From an uncultured Phycisphaerales bacterium (GTDB lineage: Bacteria; Planctomycetota; Phycisphaerae; Phycisphaerales; UBA1924): a stretch of DNA of 64,000 nucleotides. Within the stretch, counting starts at the first letter, position 1. Each line of letters opens with the position of its first letter. The notes under the pieces were generated by a model, which searched no databases, was not told the origin of the DNA, and saw only the letters and a list, made by a program, of their open reading frames with translations. The DNA is taken from the NCBI GenBank assembly GCA_963975575.1, contig CAXBHL010000001.1:717032-781031 (forward strand), given 5' to 3'. Positions 52,302 through 62,024 of this stretch are shown piece by piece. The position numbers and the translations under genes were made by a program.

Positions 52302-53060
52302 TCAGGCCCGGACGCGGTGCTCGGCGAGTTGTTCGTAGAGCCGGCGGCAGCGATCCAGCACGCCCTCCAGACGCGCGGGGACGCGCGCGGTGGAAGGCTT
52401 GTGCGGCCCGAACCCGGTCGATTCGTACACCCCCGCGTACCAGTGGGGGGCCCAGACCCCGTCCTCCGGACGCGGCCCGGGCGTCCAGGAGAGCATCGCG
52501 TCGTCGAATGGCACGCCGATCCGGCCGCAGAGCGCCGAGAGTGTTCCGCGGGGATCCCGGAGCACGTCGGCCGAATCAATAACGGGCGGCGTATGCCCCG
52601 TCGCCGCCCGGACCCGCTCGAACAGGGCCACCTGCTGCGGCAGCCCCAGATCCTCGGGGGCCGGGTTGGGGATCACTTTGATGAAACTGGTGATCATCGC
52701 GGCCGGATCGCGGATCAGGAAGCAGTTCGCCAGCCCCTCGATCCAGCCCAGATCCATCCCCGGCGTGACGTGGTGGGCCATGTGCTTCTGGTACCAGATC
52801 GCTTTGCCGCCCGGCACCGGCCCGGTCAAGGCGGCGGCCACCGACGCGGCATCGCAGTCCATCGCGTCGATGATCTCATCGGCCGCCGGGTGCCCGGCCC
52901 GGCGCTGGGGGGGCAGCCACGACAGGTAGTGCCCGTAGAGCGGCTCGTCGGTCACCGCGCAGTCCGCGCGCGAGCCCCACGACCGCATCAGGGCCGTGGA
53001 GATGTTCCGCGGTCCGGACCACATGGCGATGCGGGTTGGAGGGGTGGCGGCGTCGGGCAC
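52302..53060 (-). CDS. Sulfotransferase-like P-loop protein
   Basis: N-terminal MWSGPRNISTALMR motif, which resembles a PAPS 5'-PSB motif. 252 aa. Confidence 0.5.
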   Translation of the reverse strand: MPDAATPPTRIAMWSGPRNISTALMRSWGSRADCAVTDEPLYGHYLSWLPPQRRAGHPAADEIIDAMDCDAASVAAALTGPVPGGKAIWYQKHMAHHVTPGMDLGWIEGLANCFLIRDPAAMITSFIKVIPNPAPEDLGLPQQVALFERVRAATGHTPPVIDSADVLRDPRGTLSALCGRIGVPFDDAMLSWTPGPRPEDGVWAPHWYAGVYESTGFGPHKPSTARVPARLEGVLDRCRRLYEQLAEHRVRA

Positions 53061-53069
53061 GCGGCCAGT

Positions 53070-53828
53070 CTACTCGGCCGGAGCCTCCACGGTCGCAAGG
53101 CGGCGCGACAGGCGCGTCGCGAGCCACGCTCCCAGCGCCGGCAGCAACGCGGCCGCCGCCATGGCGATCCACACGCCGATCATCCAGCCCGGGATGTCGG
53201 CGGCGGGCACTCGGGTGTGCATGTGCCAGGCGGCCCAGCCGGTGAGCACGATCAGGAGCACGCCGATCGCGCCCGCGCCCGCCCATGCCCGCCCGACCCA
53301 GCGCCACCCGCCCGACACGCACAGCAGGAAGCCGCAGAACGCCCACGACCAGGCCCCGACCGCCACGCCGGCGTACACGAACGGGTTCCAGTGCTTCTCG
53401 AGGAACGGCTCCGCGTCCCGCCCGTCCGGCATCCACGCCTCGGCCACCGACCCCGCCGGATATCGGGCCGTCACGGCCGCGGCCTTGGCCCGTTCGCCCG
53501 GCTGACCGACGGGGTGTACCCGGTCGGAGGTCAGGGTTTGGCCGTGCTGCTCGTACTTGAACTCGACCGCGGGCGCGTACGTCACGCCGCCGGCGCGGGA
53601 CGAGGACGGGCCCCCGGGATCCTGAAACCGGACCACCTCGGAGGAGCGCACAGTCACCGGGACGCGCCGGGTGGCCGCGTTCGCCCGGGCCTGATCCAGC
53701 ACCCCGACCACGCCAACGCTGGCCATGAGCGACCCGATCGCCAGGAACGGCAGGCACATCACGAGCACCATCGCGAACAGGCACCCGGCCCGGATCTCGG
53801 CGATTTCTCGGAGGCGTTTGGCGTTCAC
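53070..53828 (-). CDS. DUF3592-like membrane protein
   Basis: N-terminal TM helix, a beta-rich middle region and C-terminal TM helices. 252 aa. Confidence 0.55.
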   Translation of the reverse strand: MNAKRLREIAEIRAGCLFAMVLVMCLPFLAIGSLMASVGVVGVLDQARANAATRRVPVTVRSSEVVRFQDPGGPSSSRAGGVTYAPAVEFKYEQHGQTLTSDRVHPVGQPGERAKAAAVTARYPAGSVAEAWMPDGRDAEPFLEKHWNPFVYAGVAVGAWSWAFCGFLLCVSGGWRWVGRAWAGAGAIGVLLIVLTGWAAWHMHTRVPAADIPGWMIGVWIAMAAAALLPALGAWLATRLSRRLATVEAPAE

Positions 53829-53920
53829 GCCGGATCATTGCCGCTGCACCCCCCGCGAGCGCGAGCCGCGGCCCCCGCCCCCTGTCCCCCCTTGGCCCCC
53901 GGGGCATGCAATGATGTGCC

Positions 53921-54766
53921 ATGTCCATCATCACCCAGGCCGTCGCGGCCGCCGCGTTGTTCCTTGGCATGCCGTCCGAATCCCCCTCCCAGCCCGATGT
54001 CGCCGCCCGCACCGATCAGGCGGAGCCCGCCGCCGAGGTCGCGGCGATCTCGGTCCGGCGCATGACGGTCGACGGCCGCGACTACGCCTGGACCGTGGTC
54101 GTCCCCCGCGGCGTCGAGCCCGGTGGACCGGCCCTGCTCTTCCTCCACGGCTATGGCGAGTGCGGCGACGACGGCCTGCGGCAGCTCGGCGTCGGGCTCC
54201 CGCCGGCGATCCTCAAGAACCCCGCCGACTGGCCCTTCGTCCTGATCGCCCCGCAGAAGCCCGTCCATCAATCCGAGTGGGAAGATCACGAGCGCGCCGT
54301 CCTCGCGATGCTCGACGCGGCCGCCGAGGAAGGGCTCTACGACCCCGACCGCCTCGTGATCTCCGGCCTGAGCCAGGGCGGGCACGGCGCCATCTGGTTT
54401 GCCGCCCACCACCCGGATCGCTTCCAGGCCGCGGCACCGGTGTGCGGCTACGTGGACCGGCGTTTCAGCGACCAGGGCGTGCGGATCGCCGAACCGGGCG
54501 CGAGCCCGGAAGACCCTGGCGTGATCGACGCCGCGTCCAGACTCGGCGGCATGCCCCTTTGGCTGTTCCACGGCGGCATGGACGACGTGGTGCCGCCCGA
54601 GGAATCGCGATCGCTGTTCGCCGCGCTCGGCGGCAAGGCCGCCGGCGACGACGCGTCGCCCGGGCATGTCCGGTTCACCGAGTTTCCAGACGCCAACCAC
54701 AACTCGTGGGACGCCGCCTACGCCGAGGGGGAACTAGCGGCGTGGCTGCTCCGCCACGCCCGCTGA
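53921..54766 (+). CDS. Secreted alpha/beta-hydrolase (esterase / PHB depolymerase family)
   Basis: Signal peptide. LFLHGYGE and GLSQGG nucleophile elbow. Catalytic His near the C-terminus. Confidence 0.8.
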   Translation: MSIITQAVAAAALFLGMPSESPSQPDVAARTDQAEPAAEVAAISVRRMTVDGRDYAWTVVVPRGVEPGGPALLFLHGYGECGDDGLRQLGVGLPPAILKNPADWPFVLIAPQKPVHQSEWEDHERAVLAMLDAAAEEGLYDPDRLVISGLSQGGHGAIWFAAHHPDRFQAAAPVCGYVDRRFSDQGVRIAEPGASPEDPGVIDAASRLGGMPLWLFHGGMDDVVPPEESRSLFAALGGKAAGDDASPGHVRFTEFPDANHNSWDAAYAEGELAAWLLRHAR

Positions 54767-56143
54767 GACCGGCTCGTCCGGCTCGGGGGCCGGTTCCTCG
54801 ATCGAGGCCAGCACCGGGCGGTCGATGCCGCCGAACTGCGGGCGGATGCCCACCGTGCGGAAGATGATCGGCGTGATCTGCTTGATGGCCGGCTTGTGGA
54901 CGCGGGCCAGCAGGATGACCGTGCCCACCCGCAGCACCGCGCTGACGATGAACAGCGTGTGGTAGGCCCCGGTGTCCTGGCCCATCAGGCCGAACAGCAA
55001 TGCCCCGCAGGCCGAGCCGCCGAGCACCATGCATGCGTTGAGGGCGTTCTGCGTGGTCAGCACGCTGGTGCGTTCGTTGGCGGGGATCGATTCGAGCAGC
55101 AGCAGCATCGTGGCCATCTCGTAGCACGCCCACAGCACGCCCGAGAGCAGTTGCACCCACAGCAGGTAGTACGGCGACGGCGAGATCACCCAGATCGCGC
55201 TCAGCGGCAGGATGCCCAGCCCCCCGACCCACAGCAGGTTGCCCGCCCCGTACCGCTTGGCGAACCGCCCGATCAGCGGCATCGCCAGCACCCGGCCCAG
55301 GAACGAGCAGCACAGGAGCCCCGCGAACACGGCGTAGTCGAACTCAAGGTTCTTGAGCATGTACGGACCGAAGAACGGCCCCGACACCTGCACGCACACC
55401 TGCACGCAGAGCATGTAGAGCAGCAACCGGCCGCCCGAGACCGCCTTGGGCCCGCGCAGAAAAGTCCGGAACGGCACGTCCCGGTTGCCGGGCGGCATCG
55501 GCACCGGCTCGCTTATCTTCGTATGGCACCAGGTCGAGCCGAGTCGAGAGAGCCCGGCCACCACGAACAGGGCCGCGTAGATCCAGTGGTACTCCGCGCC
55601 GGACTCGCGCCCGAAGTGCAGCAGGAATCCGGCGCCCACCAGGCTCAACAGCAGCACGAACTGGGCGTACCGCGTCCGCGAGGCGAAGTAGCGTGCCCGC
55701 ACCGACGCCGGCACCACCGTGCCGATCCACGTGTTCCACGCCGGCGCGCTGCCGAGGTTGAACGCCCAGTACAAACCCACGCACACGAACAGCAGCCACG
55801 CGGGCATCTGCCCGATCGCCGCCGCGATCGCGATGGGAAAGAAGCTCAGCGCCTGCAGCCCGGCGGTGATGACCACCCAGCGCTTGTGCGAGCCGAGTTT
55901 GCGGACCGCCCAGGGGCTGGCCAACTGCAGCAGGGCACCGGTGAGCATCGGCACCGAGCTGAGCAGCCCCGCCAGCAGCTCGCCCATGCCGATCGCCAGC
56001 GCGAACGCGACGAAGTACGCCTCGCCGCAGCCGACCATCACGCTGAACAGCATGGCGTCGGTGGTGCTCAGGCGCAGGTCACGGCGCACCGCCCCCTCGC
56101 TGCGTCCCGGCCCCAGAAAGGCACCCTTCGAGATCGACCCCAT
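54734..56143 (-). CDS. MFS transporter
   Basis: 12 TM helices in a 6+6 MFS layout. ATG 56143. The track's TTG start at 56152 is not used. Confidence 0.8.
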   Translation of the reverse strand: MGSISKGAFLGPGRSEGAVRRDLRLSTTDAMLFSVMVGCGEAYFVAFALAIGMGELLAGLLSSVPMLTGALLQLASPWAVRKLGSHKRWVVITAGLQALSFFPIAIAAAIGQMPAWLLFVCVGLYWAFNLGSAPAWNTWIGTVVPASVRARYFASRTRYAQFVLLLSLVGAGFLLHFGRESGAEYHWIYAALFVVAGLSRLGSTWCHTKISEPVPMPPGNRDVPFRTFLRGPKAVSGGRLLLYMLCVQVCVQVSGPFFGPYMLKNLEFDYAVFAGLLCCSFLGRVLAMPLIGRFAKRYGAGNLLWVGGLGILPLSAIWVISPSPYYLLWVQLLSGVLWACYEMATMLLLLESIPANERTSVLTTQNALNACMVLGGSACGALLFGLMGQDTGAYHTLFIVSAVLRVGTVILLARVHKPAIKQITPIIFRTVGIRPQFGGIDRPVLASIEEPAPEPDEPVSAGVAEQPRR

Positions 56144-56207
56144 GATTCCCAACGGACGGCACCATCTCCGGGGGCGGTCCCTCGCCGCCCGGTCAACGAA
56201 TCAGTCC

Positions 56208-58283
56208 TCAGACGCCCGCGGGCATCCGCTCACGCACCGTGGATTTGCCCCGCGAGCGGTACTCCTCCGTCGCCGCCGCCACGAAATCGTCCAGCGGCAT
56301 CTGCCCCAGGTCCTTCTCCTCCCCGAACGCGCGGACCGACACCGCCCGGTTCTCCGCGTCCCGCGGCCCGACCACCAGCAGGTACGGGATCTTCATCTCC
56401 GAACCCGCCTTGATCTTGCCCTGCACGCGGCTGTCCGCGTCGTCCACGCTCGCCCGCAGCCCGGCCGCGGTCAGTTTCGCGGCCACCTCCCGGGCGTACT
56501 CGTTGCTCTTCTCGCTGATTGGCAGCACGCGGACCTGCTCGGGGCTGAGCCACAAGGGGAAGGCCCCCGCGAAATGCTCGATCAGCACGCCGCAGAAGCG
56601 TTCCATCGAGCCGAACGGCGCCCGGTGGATCATCACCGGCCGGTGCTTCTGGTTGTCCGCACCGATGTATCCCAGGTCGAAACGCTGCGGCAGGTTGTAG
56701 TCCACCTGCACCGTGCCGAGCTGCCACTCACGCCCGATGACGTCCTTGACCACGAAGTCGATCTTCGGGCCGTAGAAGGCCGCCTCGCCGGGCTCCTCGG
56801 TGAACGGCACGCCGAGACTCTCGGCCGCGGCGCGGCAGGCGTCCTCGGCCTTGTCCCAGTTGGCCGGGTCGCCGGTGTACTTGCCGCTGTCGGGATCGCG
56901 CAGGCCGACCCGCACGCGGTAGTCGTCCATACCGAGCACGTCGAAGATGATCTTGACCAGCGACAGGCAGCCGATGAGTTCCTGCGCCACCTGCTCGGGC
57001 GTGCAGAACAGGTGGGCGTCGTCCTGCGTGAAGCCGCGGACGCGGGTCATGCCGTTGAGTTCGCCCGACTGCTCCCAGCGGTACACCGTGCCGAACTCGG
57101 CCAGACGGACCGGCAGGTCGCGGTACGAGTACTGGCGTGAGTCGAAGATCTTGATGTGGTGCGGGCAGTTCATGGGCTTGAGCATGAAGCCCTCGATCTC
57201 GCCCACCTTCAGGTTGTTGGAGAGCTGCGCGCAGGTGCAGCCCTCGTCGCTGAGCTGCTGCATGTGGTCCCGGTCCACCAGCGGCGGGAACTGGCTCTCC
57301 GCGTAGTACGGGAAGTGCCCGCTCGTGCGGTACAGGTCCAGCTTGCCGATGTGCGGCGTGAACACCTCGGAATAGCCCTGCTTCTCCAGCTCGTCGGCGA
57401 TGAACCGCTGCAGCTCCTTACGCACGATCGAGCCCCGGGGCGTCCACAGGATCAGCCCCTGCCCGACCGTGTCGTCGATGTGGAACAGGTGCAGCTTCTT
57501 GCCCAGCACGCGGTGATCGCGCTTCTTGGCCTCTTCCAGCCGCGTCAGGTAGGCGTCCAGATCCTTCTTGCTGAAGAAAGAGGTGCCGTACACCCGGGTC
57601 AGCCGGTCGCTGTTCTCGTCGCCGTGCCAGTACGACGACGCAAGACTCATGATCTTGAACGCCCCGATCCGCCCCGTGCTCGGCACGTGCGGCCCGCGGC
57701 ACAGGTCTTCCCAGTTCTTGCCCGGTTCGCCCGTGGCATAAAACGACAGCGAAAGCGACCCCGCCTCGTGGGCCCGGTGGGCGTTGTCGATCTTGTACTT
57801 GCTGCCCTCTTTGTTCAGCTTGTCGATGCCGGCGCCGTACTCGAGTTCGTACCGCGTGAAGGGGCGGTCCTCCTTGACGATCTTGGCCATCTCCGCCTCG
57901 ATCGCCTCGAAGTCACCCTCTTTCAGCGGCCGATCCTCGGGGAACGCGATGTCGTAGTAGAACCCCGTGTCCAGCGGCGGGCCGTACACCAGCTGCGCCC
58001 CCGGCACCACCCGCTGGATCGCCTCGGCCATCACGTGGGCGGTCGAGTGCCGAAGCATGTTCAACGCCTGGTCGTCCGCCTTGCTGTCGCGACTCTTCTC
58101 GGTCACGATCGCCAGCGTGCAGTCGTGCTCCAGCAGGGTCGACAGATCGGAGAGTTGCCCGTCCACGGTGCAGCCCACCGCGGCCTGGGCCAGGCGGGCG
58201 CCGATCGACTCGGCGACCTGGCGGGCCGTCACGGGCGACTCGAACTCTTTGACCGATCCGTCGGGCAGCGTGATGCGGGGCAT
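56208..58283 (-). CDS. thrS: Threonine--tRNA ligase
   Basis: TGS, second additional domain, class II catalytic core and anticodon-binding domain (HRAPFGS, ERF motifs). GAGGAAG lies 6 nt upstream. Confidence 0.95.
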   Translation of the reverse strand: MPRITLPDGSVKEFESPVTARQVAESIGARLAQAAVGCTVDGQLSDLSTLLEHDCTLAIVTEKSRDSKADDQALNMLRHSTAHVMAEAIQRVVPGAQLVYGPPLDTGFYYDIAFPEDRPLKEGDFEAIEAEMAKIVKEDRPFTRYELEYGAGIDKLNKEGSKYKIDNAHRAHEAGSLSLSFYATGEPGKNWEDLCRGPHVPSTGRIGAFKIMSLASSYWHGDENSDRLTRVYGTSFFSKKDLDAYLTRLEEAKKRDHRVLGKKLHLFHIDDTVGQGLILWTPRGSIVRKELQRFIADELEKQGYSEVFTPHIGKLDLYRTSGHFPYYAESQFPPLVDRDHMQQLSDEGCTCAQLSNNLKVGEIEGFMLKPMNCPHHIKIFDSRQYSYRDLPVRLAEFGTVYRWEQSGELNGMTRVRGFTQDDAHLFCTPEQVAQELIGCLSLVKIIFDVLGMDDYRVRVGLRDPDSGKYTGDPANWDKAEDACRAAAESLGVPFTEEPGEAAFYGPKIDFVVKDVIGREWQLGTVQVDYNLPQRFDLGYIGADNQKHRPVMIHRAPFGSMERFCGVLIEHFAGAFPLWLSPEQVRVLPISEKSNEYAREVAAKLTAAGLRASVDDADSRVQGKIKAGSEMKIPYLLVVGPRDAENRAVSVRAFGEEKDLGQMPLDDFVAAATEEYRSRGKSTVRERMPAGV

Positions 58284-58344
58284 GGTCTTCCTCTATATGG
58301 GGCCGTGGTGATCTTGGCCCACAATCATCCATCGTCAAACAAGC

Positions 58345-58381
58345 CAGAAAACAGAAAACGCCCGGGTCTGAGAACCGGGCG
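58345..58381 (-). other. GC hairpin plus U-rich tract in the thrS 5' leader. Possible attenuator
   Basis: On the minus strand: CGCCCGG-ttctcaga-CCCGGGCG followed by TTTTCTGTTTTCT, about 60 nt upstream of the thrS start. Confidence 0.35.
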
Positions 58382-58609
58382 TGGTCAGGCACATCGCGCT
58401 GAACCGATCCCGGTCACCCGCTCGTGGTGGTAGTCCCGTTGGTCAGGCAGGTGAGGGCGCGGTCCATCGACCGATCCTAGTCCCGACGCCCACACCCCCG
58501 ATGCCGGCTGCGCGATTTCGATCCGGGCGCCACGGGGCGAGGCCCGAGGGCCGCCCCGCCCCTCAACCACGCACAGGAGGAACCGGGCCGAGAACTTTGT
58601 GATTTCCAC

Positions 58610-58637
58610 TTGCGATATATCGCAACCGGATATATCC
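58610..58637. promoter_or_regulatory. Tandem palindromes TTGCGATATATCGCAA and GGATATATCC, a candidate PadR operator
   Basis: A perfect 16-bp palindrome and an adjacent 10-bp palindrome share the GATATATC core. They lie 28-55 bp upstream of the padR start. Confidence 0.5.
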
Positions 58638-58664
58638 TACCCTCGTACACCAAGGGAACCACCC

Positions 58665-59024
58665 ATGCTCACGCTGAAGCAAGACCATTCCGAACTCGTC
58701 GTCCTGGCGGTCCTGGCCGAGGCGCCGTCCTACGGGTACGCGATCTCCAAGGCCGTCGCCGCCCGGTCGGACGGCCATTTCAAGCTCGGCCCGTCCAATC
58801 TCTACCCCCTCCTGACCCGCCTCGAGAAGCAGGGCCTGGTCACGACCGACTGGGAGGAGGTCAAGGCCGACACCGCCGAGCCGGCCGCCGACGGCCGCCG
58901 GCGCAAGTGGTACCGCCTGAGCCCCAAGGGCCAGAAACGCCTCGCCCAGCACATCGAGGCCCTGCACCGCGCCCAGTCCATCCTCAACGCGTTCGTGGGG
59001 CCGGCATCGGAAGCCACCGCATGA
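58665..59024 (+). CDS. padR: PadR family transcriptional regulator
   Basis: Winged-HTH PadR signature (AVLAEAPSYGYAISKAV...GPSNLYPLLTRLEKQGLV). AAGGGAA lies upstream of ATG 58665. Confidence 0.85.
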   Translation: MLTLKQDHSELVVLAVLAEAPSYGYAISKAVAARSDGHFKLGPSNLYPLLTRLEKQGLVTTDWEEVKADTAEPAADGRRRKWYRLSPKGQKRLAQHIEALHRAQSILNAFVGPASEATA

Positions 59025-60661
59025 CGCGCCTGGGCAGGCCAACCGAACCCGTCCGCCCCAGCGCCCCCGACCCGGTGGACGCCTGGCTCGACGTGCTGGT
59101 CACCATGCTGGCGATCCCGAAGGCCGATCGCCGGACGGTCCGCGACGAGCTGGAGGACCACCTCCGCTCCCGCATCGACGACCTGCTCATCCACGGCCTG
59201 ACCCAGCCGCAAGCACTCGAAAAGGCCGTGGCCGAACTCGGCGAGACCGCCGACCTGGCCCGCCAACTCTCGCGCGCCCACAAACCACCCCGCACACGGA
59301 GATACGCCATGCACGCCCTGCTCATCGCTCTGACCGGAACCGTCGTTGCCCTTGGTGTGAACTCGATGCAGCCGAACGCGGGGCTGCCTGTCGCCCAGAT
59401 TGCGCAGCCAGCCTCTGGCGATTCGGCCGCCGAAGAACAACCTCGATTCGACCTATCCGCGGTTTCGATCCCCGTTCCGCCCGGCGGCCAGCTGAACACG
59501 CTCGAACATCTTGAACGACTCGCCGCAGAGGCCGGGCTGCGGTTGGAAATCGACCACCGCGCGATCGAAGAGTTTGACTCGGGATGGCTTTGGTTGGTCA
59601 TGGCATATCCCCAGTCTCATAGCGGTTCGGTCACATTCGCGTCGCTCATGCGACAAATGACGATAACGATGGAATCCGACCTTCAGCCCTCGGCCGGCAA
59701 TCCCAACCGCATTGTCGTTGCGGAGTCGGATGGCACGCTCTTGGTGACGACCGCGCGCGGTTTGGATATTCGTTCGACCATTCGTAGCGTCTATCCCTTG
59801 GCTCGATTCGCCGAGAATGCACCGGATCCAGTCCGCGGTACCCAGGCGGACATGGTGTACGAACGCCTGATGCGTGCGGTGTCTCAGCACGTCTCGCCGA
59901 TGGACTGGCAGGACAACGGTGGAGACTTGGCCACCGGAACGGTCCTCGGCTCCTCCTTGATCGTCACCGCCCCCGCCCGCATCCACGAGCAGATCGGAAC
60001 TCTCCTCGACGACCTCCACGCGCAGGCCGTCGAGCAGGCCGAGCAGCGACAGGCCGCCGAGGCCGACCGACGCGATGCGATCGACCGCGAGCACAGCCGA
60101 CTGGTGGCGCGGGTCAAAGCCGAGTATGAAAGGGCGCTGAGTGAGCAGATCAGCGTGTCCGCCCAACTCGAAAGACTCGAAATGGCAGTGAGCGATCAGC
60201 ATATGAAGCTTTCGGCCCTACCAGCGGAGAACCGCAAGGAAGCTGCCGAGGCCATCCATCGAGAGTTCGCCCGCATCGGGGCGGAGATCAGAACGCATCA
60301 GATCCGCTTGGAGGAAGCCACCGCCCGCGTCGACTACCTCCGTTCCCGCATGATCGAAATCGAGTACGAGCCGCTCGTTCGAGCTCGCGAGCCGAGCTCG
60401 GCCCGCAACCCCAACGTCCAGCCCGGGGTCATCGAGATCCGGGGCGATGTCGCCCGCGCCGGCATGTACGAGTACCGCCTTGGCCTCACGCTGAACCGCA
60501 TGCTCCTGGCAGCGGGAGGCATGTCCGATCCGGTCTCCAGCACGATCCAACTCATTCGAAACGGCGAGGTCGTTGGTGAATGGTCCGCCCGGGAGGTGCA
60601 GTCCCTCCCCGGGGTGGATGCGGCGATTCTCCCCGGCGACACCATCGCGGTCGTCGACTGA
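59021..60661 (+). CDS. PadR-associated membrane protein: N-terminal HAAS-like domain, one TM helix, a periplasmic coiled coil and a C-terminal SLBB-like (soluble ligand-binding beta-grasp) domain
   Basis: ATGA overlap with padR. N-terminal VDAWLDVLV...RRTVRDELEDHLRSRIDDLL resembles HAAS/DUF1700 partners of PadR. TM helix ALLIALTGTVVALGV. C-terminal GVIEIRGDVARAGMYEYRLGLTLNRMLLAAGG...LPGDTIAVV is SLBB-like. Confidence 0.65.
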   Translation: MTRLGRPTEPVRPSAPDPVDAWLDVLVTMLAIPKADRRTVRDELEDHLRSRIDDLLIHGLTQPQALEKAVAELGETADLARQLSRAHKPPRTRRYAMHALLIALTGTVVALGVNSMQPNAGLPVAQIAQPASGDSAAEEQPRFDLSAVSIPVPPGGQLNTLEHLERLAAEAGLRLEIDHRAIEEFDSGWLWLVMAYPQSHSGSVTFASLMRQMTITMESDLQPSAGNPNRIVVAESDGTLLVTTARGLDIRSTIRSVYPLARFAENAPDPVRGTQADMVYERLMRAVSQHVSPMDWQDNGGDLATGTVLGSSLIVTAPARIHEQIGTLLDDLHAQAVEQAEQRQAAEADRRDAIDREHSRLVARVKAEYERALSEQISVSAQLERLEMAVSDQHMKLSALPAENRKEAAEAIHREFARIGAEIRTHQIRLEEATARVDYLRSRMIEIEYEPLVRAREPSSARNPNVQPGVIEIRGDVARAGMYEYRLGLTLNRMLLAAGGMSDPVSSTIQLIRNGEVVGEWSAREVQSLPGVDAAILPGDTIAVVD

Positions 60662-60737
60662 CCCGTCTCCAACCGCCACCACCCCCCGGCACGCCCCCCC
60701 GTTTCCCGATACCCTACCGGCGGGAGCCCCCGCCGCC

Positions 60738-61253
60738 ATGATCTGCCCGTTCTGCAACGCCAACGACGACAAGGTCATCGACTCCCGCCCCACCGAGGGC
60801 GGGGCCGTCATCCGGCGTCGGCGGATCTGCCTCAAGTGCGACCGGCGGTTCTCGACCTACGAGCGGGTCGAGCAGTCCGCCCGGCTCATGGTCGTCAAGC
60901 GGGACGGGGCCCGGGTGCCGTTCTCGTCCGATAACATCATCCGGGGCGTCTCGAACGCCTGCGGCAAGCGCCCGATCCCCGAGGACATCAAGCGACAGCT
61001 CGCCGAGCAGGTCGAGGAAGAACTCCACACCGAGTTCGAACGCGAGGTGGCCAGCGAGCTCATCGGCGAGCGGGTCATGGCCAAGCTGCGCAACATCGAC
61101 AAGATCGCCTACATCCGCTTCGCCACCGAGCACCTCCAGCTCTCGACGCTCGAGGAGATCCAGCGCGAACTCGACGATCTGTCCGCCCGGCCCATGGAGG
61201 GCCCGGACCAGAAGTCGCTCTTCGGAAAGCCCGAGGTCGGCCATCACCGCTGA
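60738..61253 (+). CDS. nrdR: Transcriptional repressor NrdR
   Basis: N-terminal zinc ribbon CPFC...CLKC followed by an ATP-cone domain. 171 aa. Confidence 0.9.
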   Translation: MICPFCNANDDKVIDSRPTEGGAVIRRRRICLKCDRRFSTYERVEQSARLMVVKRDGARVPFSSDNIIRGVSNACGKRPIPEDIKRQLAEQVEEELHTEFEREVASELIGERVMAKLRNIDKIAYIRFATEHLQLSTLEEIQRELDDLSARPMEGPDQKSLFGKPEVGHHR

Positions 61254-61289
61254 AGGCTCGGCAGCCTCCGCCGCGCCCCGCGGTCGGGC

Positions 61290-62024
61290 TCAGTCAGAGT
61301 CCGGTTGGGGCCGGAGCCGGATGCGGGCCCCCTCGGCGTCCTCGACACGCAGCACGGCCCGCCGGGCGACCGCGATCAGCTCCGCGCGGTCCTTGAGCCC
61401 GAGTTTCTGACCGATCCGCTCGCGGTGCCCGTCGATGGTCGACACGGACCGGTGCAGTGTCTCGGCGATCTCCTTCGTCCGGATGCCCCGCCCGAGCAGC
61501 GCCAGCACCTCGATCTCGCGCGCCGTCAGCACGTCCAGCGGCCCGAGGTCGTGCACGCGGGACCAGGTCACCGTGTGCCCGGCATCGGGACGCTCGAGCT
61601 GACCGATCTCTTCGGCGGTGACGGGCTCGATGACCGCCAGCACCCGATCCCCGCCGTGGCCGTTGCGGGCCAGCGGAATGCACCGCGTGACCACCCGCAC
61701 GCCGTCCACGATCCCGGCCAAGGTCACGACCCGCTGCTCCCGGATGGCCTGCGCCACCGCCGTGACCCGCTCGGCGGCCCATAGGTCCGGAGCAAACCGG
61801 CTCAGCGGCTGCCCGATGGGCTCGGTCGGGTCCGCGCAGCCCAGCGAAGCGGCCGCCCGAGGGCAGCACCACACGATCCGCCCGGTCCCGTCGAAGACCA
61901 TGGCCGACGAGTTCCGCAGCGCCGCGATCAGGATCGAGAACATGCTTCCCGCGTCGAGATCGTCGGGAAGGTTTCCGGCCGGGAGCGACACCCCCAGGCC
62001 GAGGTCTGGCTGTTCCATCTGCAT
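61290..62024 (-). CDS. LuxR-family transcriptional regulator with an N-terminal PAS-like sensor domain
   Basis: C-terminal LuxR HTH (LTAREIEVLALLGRGIRTKEIAETLHRSVSTIDGHRERI). The start is moved to ATG 62024. Confidence 0.75.
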   Translation of the reverse strand: MQMEQPDLGLGVSLPAGNLPDDLDAGSMFSILIAALRNSSAMVFDGTGRIVWCCPRAAASLGCADPTEPIGQPLSRFAPDLWAAERVTAVAQAIREQRVVTLAGIVDGVRVVTRCIPLARNGHGGDRVLAVIEPVTAEEIGQLERPDAGHTVTWSRVHDLGPLDVLTAREIEVLALLGRGIRTKEIAETLHRSVSTIDGHRERIGQKLGLKDRAELIAVARRAVLRVEDAEGARIRLRPQPDSD

